Source: an uncultured Rhodospira sp. (GTDB taxonomy: Bacteria; Pseudomonadota; Alphaproteobacteria; Rhodospirillales; Rhodospirillaceae). Taken from it: a DNA stretch of 32,000 nucleotides. Below are positions 1 to 6,698 of this stretch, in pieces (positions within the stretch are counted from its first letter, which is position 1; every line of letters starts with the position of its first letter). A model generated the notes under the pieces. That model was not told the origin of the DNA and searched no databases. It saw only the letters and a list, made by a program, of their open reading frames with translations. Both the position numbers and the translations under genes were made by a program. The stretch covers positions 1-32,000 of the forward strand of contig NZ_CAKZOT010000028.1 of NCBI RefSeq assembly GCF_937138205.1, given 5' to 3'.

Positions 1-1040
1 TTCGAAACCGTCGGCTGCGACAGGTTCAGGTTTTGCGCGGCCTCGGGAATCCGGACCAGGGGTTTCGTCTGGAGCAGCTGATGCACGCGGATCGCCGAGG
101 TCGCGGCCCGCCCCAGGTCGGTGAGGCGGGCGGCGTCGCGTTCGAACAATCGCAGAATCGTGCGCGCCGTGGACGCCGCCTGATCGGCGGTCTGGCGCAC
201 TCCATCCAGGAAGAATGCCAGCCAGCTTTCCCAGTCCCCGGTGTCCCGCACGCCTTGCAGAAGGTCATAGTAACGCCGCCGGTGCGTTTTCAGGTACAGG
301 CTGAGATACAGCACGGGCTCTCTGAGCAGGCCGCGCTCGCACAGGACCAGGGTGATGAGCAGGCGCCCAAGGCGTCCGTTGCCGTCCAGGAACGGGTGGA
401 TGGTCTCGAACTGCACGTGGGCCAGTCCGGCCTTGACCAGAGTTGACAGGCCTCGCGTGTCCGCGTGCAGGAAGGTTTCCAGATCGCCCATGAGATCGAG
501 CACGCGGTGGGGCGGCGGTGGCACATAGGTGGCGTTGCCGGGGCGGGTGCCTCCGATCCAGTTCTGCGAGCGCCTGAATTCGCCCGGGTCCATCTCGTTC
601 CCACGCCCCCCGGCCAACAGCTTGGCGTGGATTTCGCGCAGGAGGCGCAGCGACAGGGGAAAGCCCTCCCGCAGGCGGTCAAGGCCATGGTTCATGGCGC
701 GGACGTAGTTCGAGACCTCTCGAACGTCGTCCAGGGGAACACCAGGGGCTTCCTCGCTTTCGAACAGGAGAAGGTCGGACAGGGAGGATTGCGTCCCCTC
801 GATCTGTGAGGACAGCAGGGCCTCCTTGCGGACGTACATGTACAGGAACAACGGGGTATCGGGCAGAACGGATGCGACCCCGTCGAGCTGTCCCAGGGAC
901 TGTGTCGCCCGCTCCAGCGATCCGGCGAACGGCGCCATGTCGATGGGCGGATGGGGTGGCAGCGGCGGCGGGATGAACGCCCGCACCGTCTCGCCGACTG
1001 TGGTTTCCTCGTATCGGCCCAGCCGATTGTCCCGGTCCAA
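1..1040 (-). CDS. Fic/DOC family protein (class II-like, AMPylase-type); 3' end runs off the window
   Basis: The minus-strand frame has no stop inside the window, so it is absent from the ORF track. It reads ...AHVQFETIHPFLDGNGRLGRLLITLVLCERG..., the canonical Fic motif HPFx[D/E]GNGRxxR. The N-terminal region has LLSSQIEGTQSS, matching the [S/T]xxxE[G/N] inhibitory-helix motif. There is an in-frame TAA at 1050-1052 and a TTG at 1038-1040 giving MDRDNRLGRYEETTVGETVRAFIPPPLPP. The start is inferred. Confidence 0.85.
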   Translation of the reverse strand, partial: MDRDNRLGRYEETTVGETVRAFIPPPLPPHPPIDMAPFAGSLERATQSLGQLDGVASVLPDTPLFLYMYVRKEALLSSQIEGTQSSLSDLLLFESEEAPGVPLDDVREVSNYVRAMNHGLDRLREGFPLSLRLLREIHAKLLAGGRGNEMDPGEFRRSQNWIGGTRPGNATYVPPPPHRVLDLMGDLETFLHADTRGLSTLVKAGLAHVQFETIHPFLDGNGRLGRLLITLVLCERGLLREPVLYLSLYLKTHRRRYYDLLQGVRDTGDWESWLAFFLDGVRQTADQAASTARTILRLFERDAARLTDLGRAATSAIRVHQLLQTKPLVRIPEAAQNLNLSQPTVS

Positions 1041-1220
1041 TCCGCCCCCTTATGAAAGCATCCTTTCATTCGCGTCGTGCTTATTAAAGCATTTGGCCTT
1101 TCGCTTTCACAAGGGGCGCGCGCCACGCCAGGGCACCGTGTCGGTGCCGCCGTCAATAATGGACGGCGCGGCGGCGGCGCGCTAGGCTACAGCCCTGCTC
1201 GACGCACGCGGAGCCCCCCC

Positions 1221-1379
1221 ATGAGCGATCCGTCCGCCCCCGCCCGCACCGGCGGTTGCCTGTGCGGCGCCGCCCGTTTCTCGCTGGCCGAGGAGACCAC
1301 GGCGTTCTCGGCCTGCCACTGCGCTATGGACCGGCGCTGGAGCGGCGGCGACGGCGGCGCGGCAACGGACCCGGCATGA
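1221..1379 (+). pseudogene. Short remnant of a GFA/CENP-V family (Cys-rich zinc) protein, 52 codons
   Basis: MSDPSAPARTGGCLCGAARFSLAEETTAFSACHCAMDRRWSGG... resembles the N-terminal GGCxCGAVRF...CHCxxCRRWSGG pattern of GFA-family proteins. The third Cys of the second cluster is Asp, and the ORF stops after ~50 aa where the family is ~130 aa. Its TGA overlaps the ATG of the next gene (ATGA at 1376-1379). Confidence 0.35.
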
Positions 1380-2128
1380 CCCCAACTCCCGCCCCGGCCT
1401 GCGGCCTGCGCCACGTCGAGCACTGGGTCTTCGACCTGGACAACACGCTCTATCCGGCCAGCGCCCAGGTGTTCGCGCAGATGGACGCGCGCATGAAGCG
1501 GTTCATCGCCGACTACCTGGACCTGCCGGAGGACGAGGCGTTCGTGGTCCAGAAGCTCTACTATCACCAGTACGGTACGTCGATGCGCGGCCTGATGATC
1601 GAGCACGGCATGGACCCGCACGCCTTCATGGACTACGTGCACGACATCGACCATACGGTCATCCCACCGGCGCCGCGCCTGGCCGCCGCGCTGGCGGGGC
1701 TGGACGGCCGCAAGGTCGTGTTCACCAACGGCTCGCGCAAGCACGCCGAGCAGGTGCTGGAGCGGGTCGGCATCGCCGACCACGTCGAGGCTGTCTTCGA
1801 CATCGAGGCCGGGCTGTTTGTGCCCAAGCCGCATCCGGAAACCTATGACGCCATGCTGCGCCGGTTCGGCCTGGACGCCCGCGCCAGCGCCATGGTCGAG
1901 GACAGCCTGAAGAACCTGGTGCCGGCCCACGCGCTGGGCATGACGACGGTGCTGGTCCGCGACCCGTCGCACTGGAGCTTTGATCCGGACGCCGACTGGA
2001 GCCACTGCCAGCACGTCACCGATGACCTGACAGCGTGGTTGGAGGCGGTGGTGGCGGCGCGGCGGGGCGAGCGCCCCGGCCTGTTGAACGGGTCGACGAT
2101 CATTGAGGCCGGTCGATGGAACGGCTGA
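1376..2128 (+). CDS. HAD-superfamily pyrimidine 5'-nucleotidase-like hydrolase
   Basis: HAD motif I is WVFDLDNTLY (DxD). The protein also has VVFTNGSRKHAEQVL, the conserved Lys in FVPKPHPETY, and a motif IV region SAMVEDSLKNL. Overall it resembles the YjjG/Ssm-type pyrimidine 5'-nucleotidase subfamily. I chose the ATG at 1376 over the track start at 1256 because the first 40 aa of the longer ORF are Arg/Gly junk overlapping the previous ORF. Confidence 0.85.
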   Translation: MTPTPAPACGLRHVEHWVFDLDNTLYPASAQVFAQMDARMKRFIADYLDLPEDEAFVVQKLYYHQYGTSMRGLMIEHGMDPHAFMDYVHDIDHTVIPPAPRLAAALAGLDGRKVVFTNGSRKHAEQVLERVGIADHVEAVFDIEAGLFVPKPHPETYDAMLRRFGLDARASAMVEDSLKNLVPAHALGMTTVLVRDPSHWSFDPDADWSHCQHVTDDLTAWLEAVVAARRGERPGLLNGSTIIEAGRWNG

Positions 2129-2136
2129 TCTTTTGT

Positions 2137-2174
2137 GCCGCCCGACGAAAAGGATGACCTTTTCCTCGGGCGGC
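2137..2174 (+). terminator. Stem-loop directly after the HAD gene stop (possible terminator, no clear T-tract)
   Basis: gccgcccgacgaaaagg (2137-2153), loop atga, ccttttcctcgggcggc (2158-2174). This is a 17-bp stem with one mismatch, 9 nt after the stop at 2128. Confidence 0.4.
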
Positions 2175-2261
2175 CGGCGCGACCTTGGCGTCGCCTTGCG
2201 ACGCCAGCTTTTTCAGACTGGGGCCGGCGCCCACGGCGCCGCTTCGCGGCGCCGACCAAGT

Positions 2262-2463
2262 ATGGCCGACCTTTTAGCGGCCGTGGCCCCCCTCAATGCT
2301 CACCGCCGCCTACCATATGCTCAGCAACGGGACCTTCTATCAGGACCCGGGCGCCGATCACTTCGACAAACGCAACCCAGAAAAACAGCTCAACAGGCTC
2401 CTCAAGCGGATCACCGATCTCGGATTCGACGTCGAGATCAGACCCCGCACGGCGACCGCCTGA
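2262..2463 (+). pseudogene. IS110-family transposase, C-terminal remnant with a frameshift
   Basis: The frame ending in TGA at 2461-2463 reads SMLTAAYHMLSNGTFYQDPGADHFDKRNPEKQLNRLLKRITDLGFDVEIRP. This is the characteristic C-terminal tail of IS110-family (DEDD) transposases: ...AxxHMLxxGxxYxDxGADyFxxR....LxxLGyxVxl.P. Upstream, MADLLAAVAP continues the match in another frame across a C6 run (2287-2292), which implies a 1-nt frameshift. The catalytic N-terminal ~80% of the transposase is absent. Confidence 0.65.
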
Positions 2464-2656
2464 CGGAGTTTCTTGTTAGCCAAGTCTATTCCGCTCATCG
2501 GTCACGGCCCGGAAAACCGCCGAACTCCGCCCTATCTGCCCTAGAACTGATGCTCAAGCGTGCAATCCGGCGACGATGGTGCGAAGATTCGTCCGCGCAG
2601 ACGAGGCGCCGCACCCCGAATGCGAGGGAGGCGTCAGGTCAAGGGGGACGCCGGAC

Positions 2657-5476
2657 ATGATCAACCGCTTTTTCAGAGGCCTGTACAGGGCGGGTCTGCA
2701 CGGAACCAGTCTGTATTGGGCCGTGGTGATTGGCATGGGCATCTCGGCTGCCGTGCTGAGCGTGGCCGGTTGGATGGAAGTTCTGGACAAGACAGAAACG
2801 GCATTGACGCCCAGCGCGCTGCTCGATGGTGCCATCGGTACGGTGCAGATTTTCACGGGCAGCGCGCCAACCATGCCGGAATGCCAGCCCGGCAATCCGG
2901 ACTGCGCCATGGATTCGGTCCCCCTATCGCTTCGTCTCGCCCAACTTCTGGCGCCCCTGGCTGCGGCCGGCGCCGTTCTGAGGATTGGGGCCGAAGTGCT
3001 GTCCAACCAACTGGCCGCCTTTCGCATTGCAGGGATGCACGGTCACACCGTCATTTGCGGCCATGGCGACAGTGCGCGCGCCTTCGCCCGCTCGGAACAT
3101 AACGCCGGCCGGCACGTGATCATGGTGGACACCTCCGCCGGGGAAGACAATGCGGACGCCGACTTGCGCCGCCTCGGGATTGAGTTAAAGGCGGGCGACC
3201 CGCTCGATCCAGACGTCTTGCACAAGGTGGGCGTGCCTGGGGCTCGATGTTTGATCATCGCCCCGGGGGACGACAATCGCGCCCTCGACATCACCGGCCG
3301 AGCGCGGGAGGTCTGCGCGGCGACCCGCGAGGGTCCAGACAACGCCCTCCTCACCCGCTTCGAGATTTCGAACCGTCGCCTGTGGCGCCCCCTGTCGCGC
3401 TTTCACGGCCTGGCGCCCGCGCGAGAGGGCAAGACTGTTGGCGGGCGGGAGCAGGAGGCCATGGACCCGCTGCCGTTCAACATGGCCGCGCTGGCGGCGC
3501 GCGCCGTGATCTGGGGCCAGCGGCTGGAGGCCCAGGCGCTGCTGCGCGACCAGGACCGGCTGCACGTCGTGCTGATCGGCTACGACGACTTCACCGAAGC
3601 GCTGATCGGCCACCTGCCGCCGGCGGTGGCTCACCCGGCGCTCAAGACCCCGGTGATCAGCATCCTTGCGTCCGACCCGGCAGCGGCCAAGGAGCGCCTG
3701 ACGGAATCCTTCCCCGAACTGATGAAGACTCCGGACGACAGCGGAAAGGACCTTGCTGTCCGCGACATGGAACGGCGCCTCGGCCCCGTCGCCGACGTGC
3801 GGATCGACACGTTCCGCGCCGACCTGGAGCGATTGAGCGGCGCGATCATGGAGACCATCGTCGAGCGGGCACCGGTTACCACCGTGTTCGTCAGCCAGGA
3901 GAGCGATGCCGCCAGCCTGCGCACGGCCATGATCGTGCAAGACCGGATGCGCCAGGAGAACCTTTGGCATTCCCCTGTTCTTGTTCGGCTGTCGCGCTGC
4001 AAGGGCATGAACAATTTCCTGACCCAATCGCGGAAAACCAAACGGTTCGGCGAGGTTCTTCAGGCTTTCGGGGTTGAGGAGCAGTTGTGCAGTTTGTCCG
4101 TTCTGACGGGCCCTATGGAAACGCTGGCCGAGGCAATCCACGAGAAGTACGCGGAACAGAGGCGCGAGAAAAAAGAAGCGGACTCGCAAGGTGGAGTAGC
4201 ACCCACGCAGAGTGCCAGGCCGGTATCCGAGTGGGCAAGACTGCCGGAAACCTGGCGGGATTCGAACCGCCGGGCGGCCGACCACATCTTCGCCAAGCTG
4301 ACGGCGGCGGGGTGCCATGTCCCCAGCGATTTGATTTCAGCGTCCCAGTCCGAAGACAAACCGGTGCTGCCTGTTCCGCCCGGTTTCGACCTGCTCCCGA
4401 GAGACACGGACGCGGATCGAAAACGCCGCGACCGTCTGGCCGAACTGGAGCACGCATCTTGGATCGCCGGGCGCCGACTGGACGGCTGGCAGTACAACGC
4501 GAAGCGCGATGACGACCGACAGTGGCATCCCAGTCTCATTCCTTACGACGACCTTGGCGAAGACCTCAAGGCGTACGACCTGGACCAAGTTGACCTGTTG
4601 CAAATAGAACTCGGGCGTACGGGGAGAGGCTCGGGCGCGGACCAGGACACGCGCGAAGCACGAAAAGGATTGCTGACGGAAGCATCAAAGGCGGATCAGG
4701 ACGGCCTGATCCGCCATGACCTGTGGATCGGTCTGATCGGCAAGCTCTATATCACAACGGACGAGGGGTGTTGGCTGGCGGCGGATGACGAGGCGGACCC
4801 GAATGGCGGCGCCCCCAAGACCTTCAAGGCCAAACTGCGGCGCAGTCTGGCGGACCACCCCGAGGCGTTCGTGTCCCTGGTGACCCCACTTGCCCCGGGC
4901 GCCGACGTGGCCATGACACGGGCGGCCCAGGAGGTTCTGAGCGATCTCGGGCGCGCGTATCGTCTCTTGGTGCTTGAGGCCGTGCCCGAGGACATCCTTC
5001 TCGACGATTATGTCCGAAAAATCGAAGGATCAACGGACGCTTTCGACGGGTTCGACACGGTGCCGCAGGACCCCGGCGAAAGCTGGCGTGCTGACCACAA
5101 AGCGAACCGCGAACACATTCTGAACGAAGAGACAACCGAATGGATCATCGACCTGCGCGAGCCCACGCCACGCTCGTGCGAGCGGTGCGACACTCCGGAC
5201 ACACCCTACCAGAGGGCCGCCTACTACATCGCCGAACGCGCCCATATCCTGTTCGCGGCCGACAGATTGAGCGAAGCAAAGGGAACACCCGCGCCGGGCG
5301 GCGTCTCCGATACGCTGGCCAAACGCGACGCCTTCACCGAAGACGGGAAATGGCTGTCGGGCTGCACACTGTTCGCGTTGTCCCCGTTCACACGCGACCG
5401 CGTGGTTCTCGACCTCGATGATCTCTCCAGAGGCACCCGCAAGCAGGATTCACTGCCGGGCGAGGACACCCCGTGA
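2657..5476 (+). CDS. Membrane protein: 2 TM helices + two TrkA-N/RCK-like Rossmann modules + RyR (ryanodine-receptor repeat)-like domain + uncharacterised C-terminal domain
   Basis: ATG at 2657 with AAGGGGGA ~9 nt upstream. Hydrophobic helices are SLYWAVVIGMGISAAVLSVAGWM and LAQLLAPLAAAGAVLRIGA. Rossmann-like strands are HTVICGHGDSARAFA...HVIMVD and HVVLIGYDDFTEALIG. The RyR-type motifs are LAEAIHEKYAEQRR...WARLPETWRDSNRRAADHIFAKL and ELEHASWIAGRRLDGWQYNAKRDDDRQWHPSLIPYDDLGEDLKAYDLDQV (nt ~4120-4590). The C-terminal ~250 aa has ...FVSLVTPLAPGADVAMTRAAQEVLSDLGRAYRLLVLEAVP..., which is of unknown type. The stop overlaps the next gene's start (GTGA). Confidence 0.8.
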   Translation: MINRFFRGLYRAGLHGTSLYWAVVIGMGISAAVLSVAGWMEVLDKTETALTPSALLDGAIGTVQIFTGSAPTMPECQPGNPDCAMDSVPLSLRLAQLLAPLAAAGAVLRIGAEVLSNQLAAFRIAGMHGHTVICGHGDSARAFARSEHNAGRHVIMVDTSAGEDNADADLRRLGIELKAGDPLDPDVLHKVGVPGARCLIIAPGDDNRALDITGRAREVCAATREGPDNALLTRFEISNRRLWRPLSRFHGLAPAREGKTVGGREQEAMDPLPFNMAALAARAVIWGQRLEAQALLRDQDRLHVVLIGYDDFTEALIGHLPPAVAHPALKTPVISILASDPAAAKERLTESFPELMKTPDDSGKDLAVRDMERRLGPVADVRIDTFRADLERLSGAIMETIVERAPVTTVFVSQESDAASLRTAMIVQDRMRQENLWHSPVLVRLSRCKGMNNFLTQSRKTKRFGEVLQAFGVEEQLCSLSVLTGPMETLAEAIHEKYAEQRREKKEADSQGGVAPTQSARPVSEWARLPETWRDSNRRAADHIFAKLTAAGCHVPSDLISASQSEDKPVLPVPPGFDLLPRDTDADRKRRDRLAELEHASWIAGRRLDGWQYNAKRDDDRQWHPSLIPYDDLGEDLKAYDLDQVDLLQIELGRTGRGSGADQDTREARKGLLTEASKADQDGLIRHDLWIGLIGKLYITTDEGCWLAADDEADPNGGAPKTFKAKLRRSLADHPEAFVSLVTPLAPGADVAMTRAAQEVLSDLGRAYRLLVLEAVPEDILLDDYVRKIEGSTDAFDGFDTVPQDPGESWRADHKANREHILNEETTEWIIDLREPTPRSCERCDTPDTPYQRAAYYIAERAHILFAADRLSEAKGTPAPGGVSDTLAKRDAFTEDGKWLSGCTLFALSPFTRDRVVLDLDDLSRGTRKQDSLPGEDTP

Positions 5477-6684
5477 CGTCCCTTCCTCAAGCCCCGACCC
5501 GTGACGAACACCTGTTCTCGCCGGGACCGAAACGAATGCTGGCGCTCGACGGTGGCGGCGTGCGGGGGATCATCTCGGTCGCCTTCCTGGAGCGGCTGGA
5601 GGCCCTGCTGGCTCGGCGCCATCCCGATCCGGAGACGTTCAGACTCTGCGACTACTTCGACCTCATCGGCGGCACCTCCACCGGCGCCATCATCGCCGCG
5701 GGCCTCGCCCTGGGGATGAAGGTCGCGGAAATCCGGCGGTTCTACCTTGACCTCGCGCCCCGGGTCTTCCGTCAGGGCTGGTTCCGCATCGTCGGCGTGC
5801 AGCCGCTGTTCGACGCGCGCCGCCTGACGGAGGAGATTTCCCGCCAGGTCGGGGACCGCGCGCTCGACAGCCCGGACCTGCGCACCGGCCTGGTCATCGT
5901 CACCAAGCGGATGGACACGGGAAGCCCATGGATCCTGAGCAACGTGCCGGGAACGGCCTATTGGGACACGCCGAGCGACGGGGCGTTCCTGGGGAACCGC
6001 CATTACCGGCTCGCCAATCTGCTGCGTGCGAGTACGGCGGCCCCCTACTACTTCCAGCCTGAGCCGATCCCGGTGATCGACGGCCAGCCCCCGGGTTGGT
6101 TCGTGGACGGCGGCGTCTCGCCCTACAACAATCCCGCGCTGGCGCTGCTGCAAGTCGCGACGCTGCGCGCGCATGGCTTGCGGTGGAAGACGGGAGAGGA
6201 CAATCTCCTCCTGATGTCCATCGGCACCGGCTGTCAACGCACACGCGTGCCGCCCGACAAGGTCGGCCGCCTGTCCTCGGTCGGCTTGGCGGTGCGTGCC
6301 CTGGGCGCGGTCATCGAGGATGGGCAGGCCCTGGCGGTTGCCTTGCTGCAGGCGCTGTCGCGGCCGATCGACCCCTGGCACATCAACTCCGAGATCGGGG
6401 GCCTGGAGGACGACTGTCTCGGCGGGCAGCCCTTGCTGTCCTTCCAACGGTTCGACGTGCGTTTCGATCCCGGCTGGATCGCCACGCACACCGGCCTGAC
6501 GGTTTCGGACCGGGACCTCGAAGGCCTTGAACGGTTCGACTACCCGCCGATCGTTCCCTTGGCCGACCGCATCGGACGGGCCGCCGCCGCGCGGCTGGTC
6601 AGGGAGGACCATTTTCCCCCGGCGTTCGACACGCCGGCGACGGTCCGTCCGGCCACCGCCGACCCGCCGCCACCCCAGCGGTAG
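5473..6684 (+). CDS. Patatin-like phospholipase
   Basis: All three patatin motifs are present: the oxyanion hole LALDGGGVRGII, the nucleophile elbow IGGTSTGAIIA (GxSxG) and the catalytic Asp in FVDGGVSPYNNP (DGG). GTG start at 5473 with GAGGA 6 nt upstream, overlapping the upstream TGA by 4 nt. Confidence 0.9.
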   Translation: MTSLPQAPTRDEHLFSPGPKRMLALDGGGVRGIISVAFLERLEALLARRHPDPETFRLCDYFDLIGGTSTGAIIAAGLALGMKVAEIRRFYLDLAPRVFRQGWFRIVGVQPLFDARRLTEEISRQVGDRALDSPDLRTGLVIVTKRMDTGSPWILSNVPGTAYWDTPSDGAFLGNRHYRLANLLRASTAAPYYFQPEPIPVIDGQPPGWFVDGGVSPYNNPALALLQVATLRAHGLRWKTGEDNLLLMSIGTGCQRTRVPPDKVGRLSSVGLAVRALGAVIEDGQALAVALLQALSRPIDPWHINSEIGGLEDDCLGGQPLLSFQRFDVRFDPGWIATHTGLTVSDRDLEGLERFDYPPIVPLADRIGRAAAARLVREDHFPPAFDTPATVRPATADPPPPQR

Positions 6685-6698
6685 CCGCCCGGCAAGCC

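Noticed and set aside
1187-2014. 275-aa minus-strand ORF
   Set aside because: It is antisense to the HAD nucleotidase gene, whose DxD and downstream HAD motifs are clear.
2657-3050. K+ channel pore in the 2TM region of the TrkA-N/RyR protein
   Set aside because: No TVGYG-like selectivity filter lies between the two hydrophobic helices. The intervening loop is Cys/Pro-rich (PECQPGNPDC) instead.
3185-4318. 377-aa minus-strand ORF, plus 3247-4077 on the plus strand in another frame
   Set aside because: Both overlap the TrkA-N/RyR gene. Neither shows any motif, and both have the Arg/Pro/Gly bias of off-frame translation in GC-rich DNA.
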